Below are positions 12,204 through 25,006 of a stretch of 64,000 bases of DNA, one piece after another. Under the pieces are notes generated by a model, which worked only from the letters and a program-made list of their open reading frames with translations, made no database searches and was not told the DNA's origin. Within the stretch, counting starts at the first letter, position 1. Each line of letters starts with the position of its first letter. The stretch is from assembly GCA_010093605.1 (NCBI GenBank), contig MU004182.1, positions 591,032 to 655,031 on the forward strand. Direction: 5' to 3'. Position numbers and translations under genes: made by a program. Source of the stretch: Lophium mytilinum (Eukaryota).

Positions 12204-14736
12204 ATGGCAAACGCAGAGCTATCAGCCCCCGGAAGTAGTGTTTACGCATCCGACACTATGTACGTGGGAGATGGAACCTGGGATTCGTCAAGAAACACTT
12301 TCTTGCTGCCCAATCTGCAAGGCTTAAACCTTGCGACAACACAATACAATGGTCAGTCCCGTCCTATATATACCTCGAGGTTGTCAAACTAACACTCAAA
12401 TTCAGGCATGGGAAATCGATTCAAGAACATGCCCGGCTACCACAGCATCATCAAAGGGCATGCCATCGTCGCCGCTATCACTTTCCTGGGCGTCATACCA
12501 GCAGCTATCTTCATTGCCCGATTTTACCACCGCAATCCTCGCTTAGCTCTACGACTACATATATGGCTCCAAATTCTTACCGTGGCTTTGTCGACAGTGG
12601 TATTCATACTGGGCTTTCAGGCGGTTGGCTTGAAACGAAGCTTGACAAACCCACACCATGGCATAGGTGTTGCAATCTACACCCTCATTCTCATCCAGGC
12701 ATTTGCAGGAGGTTGTATTCATAGGAGCGAGAAGGGAAGAAACCGCACTAAGATACCTCTCAAACTAATGGTAAGAGTCATATCCCGCATATACAAATTG
12801 CAAGCTAATCTTTCAGCTTCACCAATGGTTTGGTCGCGCAATCGCAATCCTCGGTGTCATACAAGTAGCGTTAGGACTAACGCTCTATGGCTCGCCTAAA
12901 ACCTTGTTTATTCTCTACGCCATATGGGGATTCGTCTTACTAGCAGTGTACTTCATTCTTACCTACCGAAATCAACCTGAAATCGGCTTTGACGACCGTG
13001 GAACCTACATCAGCGAACGAACAGAGCGGACGGGCCGGACTCGTGAAGGAAAGCACCGTGGCCTCAAGGCTCTCGCCGGAGCCGGTGTTCTCGGAGCTGG
13101 TTTGGCGGCTTTGAGGAGACGGTCTCGAAGCCGTAGTCGCAGTCGCAGTCGCAGTCGACATGGTCAGGGTAGACCGGACGTCATTGGCTCACATCGCAGT
13201 TCTCGCCACTCCGAATCTTTCGTGGACGAGGAAAAGTATACCGAAGACGGTCATCGTGGCGAAAAGCGGACGTGGAGGGATCGTTTATTGGGAGTTGCTG
13301 CAGCCGGTGGTGCAATTGCTGCCGTGCGAGGTCTGATGGGACGCAAGAAACGCGATGATGATCACCTGAGCGACGTGAGCTACGGCCGACCACTTGGCGG
13401 AAACCACACTGTCAGCCAAACCGATCTGAGTAGGATCGAAGAAGGACTACCTCCAGAATCACCTGCCAATGATAGGCGACGCAGATATGAGGAACATAGC
13501 AACATCCCGCCTGCTGTGTTGACTGGAAGCCCACTTCGACAGACTCACCGGCCGCGCAGAAGCGAAATCTCCGAGGACTCCTACGACAGCAGGACTAGTT
13601 ATAGTGGTGAAGATGCTCGGCATGACGGTGGCGCGGGTGGTAGTGGAGGTCATGGCGTGCGGAACGGGATCCTTGGTCTCGGTGTGCTTGGCTTTGCTAG
13701 ACACAAGTGGAACCAGCGGAAGAACAAGAGAGACGAGGAACGAGTTGAAGCTATGAGACAAGAGGAGATTGAAAAAGAACGCATAGCTCGAGCAAACAGT
13801 AATCGGAGACACTATACCGGAGACGGTGCCCCTGGTCGAAGAGGCAGCCGAAGAGGCAGTCGGCCTCCACCCCCCGAATCCTCGGTGGGCGATTACACGG
13901 ACATAACCGGGACTAATCCAGCACTCTCCCGACACAACCTACCACCACCGCCTATGAACTTTCCGGGAAGCAGGACCAATGTTACAAACCCACAAATGTC
14001 ATCAGGAGGCTTAGCCATGCCACCACCACCCCACGATCCCTACGGCGTTCTTCACGATTCAGGATCGGAAGCCTATACATCAGCAGGTGGCGGCCGTCAC
14101 CACCGTCATCATGCCGGCCGCGATGCCGCATTAGCTGCTGGAGCTGGCGGACTCGCAGGCGCGGCTGTGGCATCATCTTCTCGTCCAGGCCGCAATGAGA
14201 GCCGACGTCGAAGCAGCAACAGCGGGAGCGTAGCATCTCCACCAGTGTCGGTAAAGGTTAAGATGCACAACGACGGACGGCACGTGACCTTGCGACGATT
14301 AGGCGAAGAAGAAGCGGCGGCGGAACGAGAGCGAAAGCGGAGGAATAATAGGGGTGGCAGCGTGAGCTCGCTGAGCAATACTGGTGATGAGCGGTGGCGG
14401 CGCACGGAGGCAATGGAAGCAGCACAGGCTCGTCAAGAGCAACAACAACAGCAGCAGCAAGCACCTATCCGCATGCCCGAGCCAACGATACCAGGCCCTC
14501 CCCCGTTACCTCCTCCACCTCAAATGTCGCTTGCTTCTCAGGAGACGTTCATACCGCCTCCCCCTCCGCCCATACCGGCCGCTGCTGCGAGTGGGATGAG
14601 TAGTCCGCCAGGAACGCAAACGTATGGAACGGAAACAGACGTCAGCAATTACGATAGTAATCGTAGGAGGCGGCGGGCGGAGAGGGCACAGGCGAAGCTA
14701 GCAAGGGGAAGCGGCAGTCGTGTCGAGTTCTCTTGA
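12204..14736 (+). CDS. Cytochrome b561-domain membrane protein with long Arg/Ser/Pro-rich disordered C-terminus (3 exons)
   Basis: Introns 12352-12405 and 12771-12816 (GT..CTAAC/CTAAT..AG) join three ORF pieces in frame. TM helices carry four spaced His (GHA, LHI, PHH, LHQ) as in b561 heme ligation. Confidence 0.75.
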
Positions 14737-17640
14737 GCTTTGTTCCCGCTGTGACTGTCGATGTTTGCATGAAAAAAGGGCTATGGGTGTACGGTAATTG
14801 GGTTAGTCGTTTTCCGCAAGGTATTGCGGGGGTGTCCGGGATCACGATGGGTGTTTGGCATGGCATATGGGAGCAAGGTGTTTGGAGGTTCTTTGTGTAA
14901 GGCTGGAATTCCTCTAGGTGGCCAGCCTTGCGGTTGCCACTAGTCATGCTTTTCCCACGGATGAGGTTGAGAAAAGGTACGCAGCCGGGGTGGACATACA
15001 TGCCTCCGTAGATATGTACAAATCTGGACGAATCATTTGCACGCTCAACGTCTGATGTGGCGATACGCGAGCACATCAGCGGACCACATGCCGTCTCTTG
15101 GCGGCTCCTTGCCTCTTCCAAGGTTTTCTGGGGTGATGCGCGAGGTGGAACGCTTATTCCCGATGCCTCTTCACCGATCCTCGCCTACACAAAGTCATGA
15201 TACCTATGACTCTGCTCACATATAAACGACTGGTGCCCGGCGCTGAGTCTGAATTTCCTCTACTCCACATAGCTGTCGTTCGACGGTATAATAATTCGGC
15301 CCGGGAGACGACCGGGAACCAACATCGGACATTTGTCGTGCAGGCAGCGGGAGATCCACCCTCGCTCCCGAGCAGGACCCTTTGCATTCACGATGGCGCC
15401 ATATTCCCGGTCCTCTGCACGAGACGTCACGGCAAAACGCTCTCCCGGCCTGTCAGCGACAGCCTCGAGGCCCGCAATTGCTAGCTTCGCGATACCTTCG
15501 CTATCCCACACCCTCTACCACTCGGCGGCTTTTCCACCGAAACGCCGTCGGTGCATCTCGACGCCTCTCTCGTGGCCAGGGCAAATACAGCAGCTGGAAC
15601 CGACCAAACCCGCCAAGTTGCGGAGCTGTCGCCGGCCAGGTCGGTGCTATCATTCGAGGTTCGGAGCGGCGCTTCTCGCGGATGCGGAGCATATCACTAA
15701 TACTCGAAAGCCCCATTATTCGCGAGAATGTGGGTGACAGCGTCCGACAAAGGCCCTTCAGCGGAGGAGGGGGATGAGTATATATACTCTGCCTTATTCG
15801 GACGTCCCACGAGGTTCATCGTGGCCACAACCACTCGCACAGTCGACTCGACTCCCGAGACTCGCACCCGACCCCGTATTCTATGACGAAGGCGGCTGAA
15901 CTATTTCACTACGCCTCAGCGCGAGCACATAACTATCCCAACGTCGCCTTCCCCGAGTCTACACCGAGTTGCACACTCGCTCAACGACACGACAGACTGG
16001 GCAACTGCAGCGCCTGCCTACCCGTGCCATCTCGGCTCTGCCAGCTGAACAGTGGACGCGCGGGGGCAGCAAGGTTTGCGCTTGCGGAAGCTGATGCATC
16101 CATACGAGGCAGACTGAGCTGCTCACGGTCGGCCGAGCCAGAAAACGGGAGGAAGGCCGTCGACGACGGGGCTCCTGGGATGCCTCAGACGGAGACTTTG
16201 ACCCAAAGTCGGAAGAGTCCTGCTCTAGAGCGCTTGAGACAGAACGAACAGCCACCCGGACCACTGGAATGGAGTCGCAGAAGCCATGACGGCAGATGCC
16301 GGGGCCACAAAGCTAGATGGTTCACCTTCCCCTTATCTGCTAATAAACCGATCGCATTGACGCGACGCGGAAAAAACGTACCGGACTCGTAGCCGCCCAC
16401 CATCGTCAAAAGGCCTGGAAGCTCGGGAGAAAAATTATCTAATTAGCGTCCGCCAGGCCCGACTCTCCGCGACCGTCCGCCCGCCATGCACGCCATGTCC
16501 GCGATAGCAATACGGCTCGATATGGGCGGCGGCCCAGCGTCATTTGCAAGCCTCTCTCCAGGGTCTTTTTTCGGGCGAACCGCGGTCTGGCGCGTGGGCA
16601 TGCGGATCGCGACTAGCAACAACCTTACTTGATACACGTCGCATCATTCGGAAGCCATCTCTGCGGCTTCGATCGGCAAAGTGGACTGAGATTTCGGGAG
16701 ATGTCCGGTTCTTCTCAGGGTCTCAGGGCAACGGGCGGCGCCAGCAGCAGCAGCAATGACAGCACGAGATGACGACGCGGGGGTCCGACGGGCACTACGG
16801 GCACTGGCACTGGCAGGCGTTGCACGAGGCGTGGGCGAGACGTGGGCGACGGCGACGGCGATGGCGACGGCGAGGGTGAGGGTGTGAGGGTGTGGCGGTG
16901 GGAGTGCAGCCCATCGCACAGGAGGACCGCGCGGGCGGATGGAGCAGCATGGAGCAGCCTCAGAGGGATAGACGCGACGCGCATCGTGGCCTTTTTCGGG
17001 GTCCTGGGGTCGTCGCTCTGCCGGCAGCACTTGGAATATCGATGAGGGCTCCCGGGGCCATGTGGGCGGTGAGAAAGGAGGCGCAACGGGTAAACGCTGG
17101 GCGGTGCAAGGCCTGGCAAGTGGCATTTCACAGCCCTCCACAGCGTAACGGCGCTCTTGGTCTTCGAGACGGCCCCCCCAGGAACCGTCTCCGCAGCCCA
17201 CCATTGGTCCGCGATCCGCCGACCACGAAACGCGGTAGGGTGCTGGAGGTGCTGTAGGCTGCTGTAGGGCTTGCAGTCTGGCCCGCTTCGGTCTCACTCC
17301 CGCCATTGTCCGCGAGCGGGCAGGCGCTGCAGCGCTGTGGCCACGCCAGCGATGGCTCTGCATGTCTTGGACAACATGCTGGTCCAGGGCCACAGGGCAT
17401 ATTTGCACTAGCACCTTAGCACCAAGGGCGATGCTAGGCAGGGTTGTGTGGGTCCGCCAAATCGTTCATCGCGACCAGTATCATGCCTCGCGCGAATGCC
17501 CTGCACCCTTCTTGCCCCATTCACTGTCCTTTTGTCCAGCCCTATTATTTGACCCTCGCCCTCAGAGGCCATGCGTTCCGTCAGACGCTGCATGCTGTTG
17601 ACGGGACTTGGGCCCCATACTCCGAACTTCCTCTGCGACC

Positions 17641-20020
17641 ATGTCTTCGACCTCGTCCATCACCACCCCTCCCGTCAAGCGAGCCTGCGACAGGTGCGTT
17701 GTCATTGCTGTTGTCCCCTCCCAGCACTCCCCGCTCACCATGTCACAGCTGTCACCGTCGGAAGGTGCGGTGCATTGGCGAAGGCACTAATCCGTGCAAA
17801 AACTGCATCTCAGCCGGCCTGACGTGTACCTACAATGCCATTCCGCAGAAGAAAGGCCCCAAGGGCAGCCGCGCAAAGGTCCTGTCCGAGCTGCGAGAGA
17901 CCCAGAGGCAGTCTCATCTCGCCAGCGGCTACTCTCCCGATTTGAGCTTCGATGGACGTCCGCTGCCGACGTCATTTGCACGTACCCCGGGCCTGCTTCC
18001 TCCTGGCCTGGTGGAGAGCTGCATCGACTTCTTCTTCTCCAACCTGTACCCTTCTCAGCCTATTCTGCAGCGCCAGCGCCTCCAGGACTCCGTCATGAGC
18101 ATGGACCAGAATGCTGGCTCCTACTGTATGATTGTGGCCCTCTGCGCCTATGTTATGATCCAGTCGAACATGAGCGTGCCTCCTACCGTCCACATGCATC
18201 CGGAGATGAGCCACATGCCGGTCATTAGTTTGGGCATCACTTTGCTCGAGGAAGCTGTGCGCGTTCGGAAGGGGCATGAATACGCTGAGAACCCCTCCAC
18301 CACCGCCATCGTCACCTCTTTCTTCTTCTACGGGAGTTACTTCTGCCTAGACAAGGACAACAGCGCGTGGTTCCACTTGCGAGAGGCGACTACCATGGCC
18401 CAGCTCATTGGCATGCATGACGAGGGGACCTACAAGACGGCAGACACTGTCGAATGTGCCAATAGACGGCGCATTTACTGGCTTCTAATCATTACTGAAA
18501 GGTTCGCGGCCCTTGCTATTTACTCACCACCCACCGCACGAAGATGCCAGAGCCGTCGAAACGCGTTTTCTAACTGAAAGCTAGGGCATATGCGCTCCAC
18601 AAGCACCGTCCTGTGACCCTTCACGCGACCATTCACCCGCCCTCTCTCGACGAAGACCCCTCGGATAGCATGGCTCTCTCCGGGTTCCTACAGCTGCTAG
18701 ACCTTTACAAGCCCTTCGACGATTCATTCATCGCCCTCTGGAACAAGACGACGCCGAGTGGCACTGGTGGTGCTAACCCTTCATGGCTCGCCTCTCTGCA
18801 AGTTCAGCTGCAAGAAATGCTTCCTGCATACCTCGATTGCACGGAAATCCAGGCTGCAGATCTTCGCGTTACGCAGCAATGGCTCAGGACGGTTGTTTGG
18901 CAGCTGTGCGTCAGTCAGGGCTTTGTGAGCAGCCTGGCGACCGACCCCGGCATGACCTTCAAATACCCAATTGAGATTTCGAATGATCTGCTTAGCATGA
19001 CGCAGCATATCTCACAGCAGGCGATGGAGGTGCATGGCGTGGGACTCGTATGTTGACTTGAGATTTCAATTTCACTCCCGCACAACCTCCCTAATCGCAT
19101 TCGATCTCCCAAAAAAGCAACCTGTCAGAAGCTCCCCAACAATCGCAACAGAATTCTATGAAGGTTTGGGCTAACACCAACAGATCGAAAAACTCTTCGA
19201 CATCTCCTGCTGCCTCACCGACGTCATCGCCGTCATCCCCTTCTCCCCGACAACCTTCTCCATGGGCCCGCGCGACTTCCTCTCCCGCTTCGTCGCCCTG
19301 ATCTCGACCCTCCGCAACGGCCAAACCCGCTACGCGCCGCTCCTCCACGCCAAAATCAACGACGTCCTCCCCAACCTCAACATTCCCGTGCCGCCCATCC
19401 ACCCCAACCCGGCACTCCAAATCGCACCCCACCCGCACTCCGTCTCGTCCAGCGTCTCCAGCGCCAGCATTCCCGAATACAAGTTGCCCGCGCAAGCCCT
19501 CAACATGCCCGGCACCTCCGGCGACCTGATGCGCCAGCTGCAATCGCAGATCTCCGCCCAAGGCGGGCCGCTCCGCCAGCAACAACAACAAGCCGCCTCC
19601 CTCCTGCCCCCCTCCTCCCGCATCGAGGACATGTCCCTCTACGACTCTTCCGCCCCGCACAGCACCCACTCCGCCTCGGCACCCGCCTCCCACGAAGCGA
19701 CCCCCATCCCGGGCGGCGCGGCGGCTGGGGGCGCCTATGATTCGAGTCCCGGTAGCTCGCTCGGCCACCACGGGCACCATCCCCAGGCGCATGGCGGCCA
19801 CGGGCACCATCTGCAGCCGCAGCCGCATATGGGCGCGGGGATGCCGTATGAGCTCAGCCCGAGCATGCGGTTCCAGACCTTTGGGGTGGGGGCCGCGATG
19901 GGGTTTCAGGGCGAGCAGGGCGCGGATGAGCAGGGCAGGCATGCGAGGGGGCATCAGCAGCAGCCCGGGCCGCCGGGGGCGGCGGGGCAGCATGGGGGCG
20001 GGTATCAGGGGGCGCAATGA
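17641..20020 (+). CDS. Zn(II)2Cys6 transcription factor, COL-26/BglR/InuR (MAL-activator-like sugar regulator) type (4 exons)
   Basis: Introns 17694-17748, 18502-18584 and 19048-19183. Spliced N-terminus KRACDSCHRRKVRCIGEGTNPCKNCISAGLTCTYNAIPQKKGPKGSRAKVLSELRE, then a fungal TF middle domain (AWFHLREATT, RRRIYWLL) and a Q/H/G-rich tail. Confidence 0.85.
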
Positions 20021-20082
20021 CAATGATTTTCTTGTGCGTGTGTGGGGGGGATGGAGATGCGTTGCGGAGCACATGCGTGTGT

Positions 20083-20111
20083 TTGTGTGTGAGAGAGAGA
20101 GAGAGAGAGAG
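20083..20111. repeat. (GT)n/(GA)n microsatellite in TF 3' region
   Basis: GTGTGT followed by ~10 GA units. Confidence 0.9.
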
Positions 20112-23100
20112 CTATTTTAGAGAATTCGGCTCAGCGCATTGAATCACTGGGCGAGACGAGAAAGGATCGTTGAAGAGCCCTGTGCGAGAGGAAGAGATGG
20201 CATTGTTTGATTGGGTCTACTACTATCAAAAGAAGCTGGGGTGTGCAAGCTTTCTGGCATTTAACGATGCTGGGGTTCTCGAAGAGAAAACGAGGCGGCT
20301 CCGGACGATTCCTACAACGAACACGATTACGTCACGATTAAAGCTGACCAGACACCCCCGTCAACGGATCCTAGTACCTGCCAAAAGAAGAGGAAAGCGA
20401 GGAAGCGAACGAGGGAGCAAAACAACCGTTTCAGCCACGGCAGTCGTTATAGGCGTAAGCGAGTGGCGCATCCGCAAAATGCCCAGGCCAGGCCCCCAGC
20501 AAGGGGTGGCGGGCGGGCAGGCCGTTGGTGTTGCGGCTGATGAGGCTGAGGCGCGAAGGATCCGCGAGGCTGAGTTGTCCGTGTGGAGAACAGACAGGCT
20601 TTCGCCACCCACCAAGAAGACAGGTTGGTTTCGCATAAACGTCGGTTACAGAGAAAACCAAAGATAGAAACACGGGTCTGTGGGTATTGGGTGGGTGCAT
20701 ACACGAAACATTTTCCTTTGTGTTCTTCTGTATTGGGTGGCTGTCTGAACTGTCAAAATTTTCATCACTCGCAAGGCGTTTTTACTCTTTTTAGATCGGC
20801 GTGCTGCATTTGCGGAGGTGGGCGGGAGGTTAGCTTGCTATTCGTTTTTTCACCGCCGGGGGCTCAAAACGGAATCACGATTGTAGGGGAAATCGATTTT
20901 CCTGTCCTGGTACTGGATATTGCATATGCCCGTGGTTCAACCTTTCGTCGTTTGGTGTAACTCGGTGGAACGTCGGGCGTGAGAGGCAATGGATATCTTG
21001 GTTGTTGGGTCCCCTTTCCCTTGCCGTATGGTGCAATCCGGTAGATAGTCGGGCGTAAGAGGCGATGAGGGGAAATGGATTATCTGACACGTTGGTGCAA
21101 TCCAGTAGAAGGCGGGTGTGAGAGGAGCTGCATTCCTTGTGGTTGTTGGTCCATTCCCGTGTCGGTTGATGCAACTCGGCAGATATTCGGACGTGAGAAG
21201 AAAATATTAGTTACTGCCCATGTCGTCAGTTCTCATGTGGGCGCAGCTATCGCAATCCGGGCGATCCGGGAAAATGGAGAAGATGTAGTCATGGAGAATG
21301 AGATCGGCTTCCGAGCACAAAAGCGGTCTCGAACTCCTTTTCTCCATCTCAGATCTCAGTGATTTGCATCATCGGGCATTTTTCCGACGTTGGAGTATTC
21401 TCGGCGCTGGCGGGCTGATTGGACGGGACCCCTTCGTGCCAAGCGCGGCACTCGATACGGCTGTGGCGGCCAGAGATCAACGGCTGTGGATACGACCGGG
21501 ATCTTGTCGAATCGTCAGCGGGGGTTGGCCGACGATCTTGCCGGCCAACACGTCCGTTTGCAGTATCAACCGAATACGAGATTTCGAAATTGTAAACTGC
21601 TGCCGCGATCGGCGGTGTGGCCTGAGATTTCAGCCTCGGCACATTTGCTTTGGCTGTGAATGTGAATGTGGAAGCCTGGAGCGATGCGATCTGAGGGGAA
21701 GTGGTTCCCCAGACTGGGCGATCCTCGGTAACGTGAATACGGGTAGCATCGGAAAATCGCATGTGCTTGAGTGCTGAAAAAGGGTCCTGCTGGTTGTTTT
21801 GATCCATTCGCGACCTCGGGAACGCTTTAGGCGAACTCTCTCAACGAGGTCAAACACGCGAGCCAAAAATAGTTACCCCTTGTGGGGGTTAACGTGACTA
21901 TTGAATTCCTACCATACGTACCTTGAGGATTGCCCTTGTTTGCGCGTCATGGACGTACCCAGGATCGACGCGTCCAGAGCGATGTTGAGTACGTAAGCTT
22001 AGAGAGCCCGTACGTCAGTGCCGCAGTCGAATCCATGGAAGCGATCAAGATCGGGAAAAGGAAATACCTGGGAAAATGTACTTGCCAAGACGTCCAAATC
22101 TGATATGTGGTCTTGGCCAGCCAGTAAAACTGTGGGGATAGGCGCGCGTCACATCCATAGCCTCGCGTCCAGGCGTGCCAGGGTGATCGGGAAGATCGCG
22201 AAGATGGATGCGCACAAGATCTGCGGCATGTATGGGAACCCCATACGACCGGATGCGCGGAGGGGCCTGTTACCGTTGGCGGTGAGCGTTTCGGCAGTTG
22301 GATTACGATCATGTCAAGCATTTCTGTCCGGACGGAAGACTTACGCCCTATCCCTGTCCGTTGACGTTGGTTGTGGCCGTGTTTGTTTTTCTGGATTGCT
22401 TGACCGTAAAAGTCATCTGCACGGCGGAATCTTGAGTTCGCCAATCACACGTGGTAAGAATGGGGAAGCTAGAGTTGAATCAGGATGGCAATCTAATCTT
22501 GCGTCTTTTTGCACATGGAAATGGTTGACAGTGCAGGAGTGGCTGAAACCGTCACGACGGTACAGTGCTGAAGCCGCCTCAGAGAACCCAATAGCGGCAT
22601 GCAGAAGGATTCCAGGCCATGCAAGCGTGCAATAATTAGGCCGGGAGACAGCCTGGCGCCAACTCTGAATGCACCGCATTGTTCGCATCATCTTCGAGTT
22701 GAGGGGGTTCTGCATCCTCCTCAGTGGATTGAGGGATTTTGAGGTTAAGAAATTGGCTCGCGGTGGGGGATTTTCCTTGGTTCTCAGCCTGAGCTCGTCT
22801 CTATCCCGCTTTTTGAGGCTTTATTGACACTTTGATTTCGTACGAAGGGAACCACGGTCGTAACGTGGGCAAGAGTGGCATCAGGAACACGCACCTTTCC
22901 GCATTGGCCCTGGCTTCATGCGATGTCTTTCCAAGGGCAGATCTGCAGCGTTAGTGATGCATAGCAAGTGGTTGCATGCGTCCCGAAAAGTTTGCATGGC
23001 AAGTGGTTGCGTGCCGTCTTGGATATTTTGCGCAGTCAGCCAATGTGGTGGCTGGGAGCGCGACTGCAACACCATGACCATGACATCGTGTATAGAGACG

Positions 23101-23840
23101 GCGGCGCAGGCGGAGGCGTCGCCGACTTACTCGTAGCTCCCGCAAGGCCGCGCCTGTCAAGTGTCCGCCACAAGCCCGCCAGGCTGCCCGGAGCAGCGGT
23201 TCGGCAGATGGGACCCGTAGGCCTCCCCTGGCGTGGCGTTAGGGCGTGCATTGCAGATTAGAGTTGGAGCCAGTAGAAGCTGTCAAGGCTGCAAGCGGTA
23301 AGCCGTGGCGCTGGCGGAGAGACGTGGCAGGGAGTCCCCGTATCGAGGCCGCGGCGAGAAGTTGTGCCTGAAGATGATCCGGTGACGGCGCTAGTCTAGA
23401 GAAGGAGACGAAGATGCTCATACAAGAACGCTGCTTTTGCCTGCAGCCACCGTATTGCTTCTTGAATGCACCTGCTACAGCACACGGCCTTATTGATAGA
23501 GGGCTCACACCCTATCAATGGCTGGTCAGAGTCTTGAAGTGCGTTGTGTGGTCGCATCGTGAACGGAAGTGAAGGAAAAAACAACGTACCAGTTCCTAAC
23601 GCGGTATGGCACGGCGGTAAGATTATATTGGTGAGGTGGCTGGACGGTATCTCCCGTACGCAGACCGGCAAACCTTCCCCCATCCTCCGCCTCGACCTCC
23701 GCCTCAACCTCGCCCACCCTGCGTTGGACATCAAAAGTGGTGAAGAAAGGCGAGGAGGCAGCACTGGAGAGGGCAGCTCGCCGGAGGTTGCCATATTCCA
23801 GCGCGCACGGGCCCGCGCCTGGTGCATCTGCTGCATCTCT

Positions 23841-24032
23841 TACTATGGTATCAGGCGTATCTTTTGTATGTGGGGATTGTGGCGCTTTAATTTCGGAACG
23901 CGCACGGTTACGCGGTAAAGCAGATGCTGAAGAGTTGATTGGTGACAGGCCTTGTATTGGTCTGTGTTTTGATCCCCTGTTGCTGACGTGCCTCGGTCTC
24001 CACATACAAAAGATACGCCTGATACCATAGTA
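23841..24032. mobile_element. 192-bp MITE-like fold-back element with perfect 33-bp terminal inverted repeats
   Basis: TACTATGGTATCAGGCGTATCTTTTGTATGTGG (23841-23873) is the exact reverse complement of 24000-24032. Both ends are TA (possible Tc1/mariner TSD). No coding capacity. Confidence 0.65.
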
Positions 24033-25006
24033 CACCTCATCGTCTGACTCGGCCGTCCCGACACCACGTGGCCAGATGGAGAAAGCTGCAAGAGTAGAGC
24101 GTGCAGCCGCCGTGTGAATGACTCTGCAGTGTGCCACCACACCGCCGTCTGCAGCCGTGGCATGATGGCTGAGGTCGACGCGGACGGAATCCCCCGTCTC
24201 GAGAAGCGGGAGAGAAGCTTCCAATTGTGGCATGGATCGGCCTCATCGTGGCACAACACCATCGACTTACGACGGCCTCATAAGAACAGGCCTCCGCGCC
24301 CGCATCTGTTGTCCAACCTTCGCTGCAGCCGTCCCGCAGACGCCGTGTCTCAACCACTGCCCTCGACGGGGCTCTCCTCCGTAATATAGTCGGCGTCCTG
24401 CAAGCCCAGCCAGAAAACACTCCGTCGACAAGCGGACCAACTTCAGTGACCCGTCTGCGTATGGGATGCCTCTGTCGTGCATTGGCGCCATCTCATCGGA
24501 GGTCCAGCCCGCTGGAGACGACAAGGCTGCCAAGCATCGCCGACGCCCAGGTATAAGGCTGGCAAGGACGTGTTCTAGAACGCTGTGGATCAGATGCCTC
24601 AGCGTCCATTCCTGTTATCTCAGCACACGTCCTGCCCCGACGTCATGATCAGCTGCATGTCCAGCGCAACCGCGAATGCTTTGCTCTCGTGCTCGACGCC
24701 ATCACAGTGCCAGCTGCCTCACCGTCAAGGCGTGGACGATCCAGCGCCCATGATACGACTCTAAGACCCCATCACGGGGGTGGTGCGGGTGGCTGCGTCG
24801 AGTGCTGAAGTCGTGACGCCATGGCGATGCGCCCGCCAACTGATAACAGCGACGTGCACCGCCTTCAAAACGCGCCCGTTCTCCTCGTGTGACTGCTGCT
24901 GCCATTTCCCCTGATATCCGACAGTTGACATCTGCGAACTCCTGTCAACCTCACATCTCGCGCATCTGGTACTATCAAATACAATCTCGTAAAGTTCAAT
25001 ATCAGA

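Noticed and set aside
15037..17600. Many 60-256 aa ORFs upstream of the TF
   Set aside because: No motifs, splice logic or codon bias; expected by chance in GC-rich DNA.
17641..20020. Zn2Cys6 factor as the cluster's regulator
   Set aside because: It lies 17 kb away behind unrelated genes and resembles a conserved sugar-utilisation regulator; no evidence links it to CGGATAA.
20170..24905. Short ORFs in the 20-25 kb interval, including 23526-24233 with duplicated YYGIRRIFCMW
   Set aside because: The duplicated peptide is an artefact of the inverted repeat; no credible gene model.
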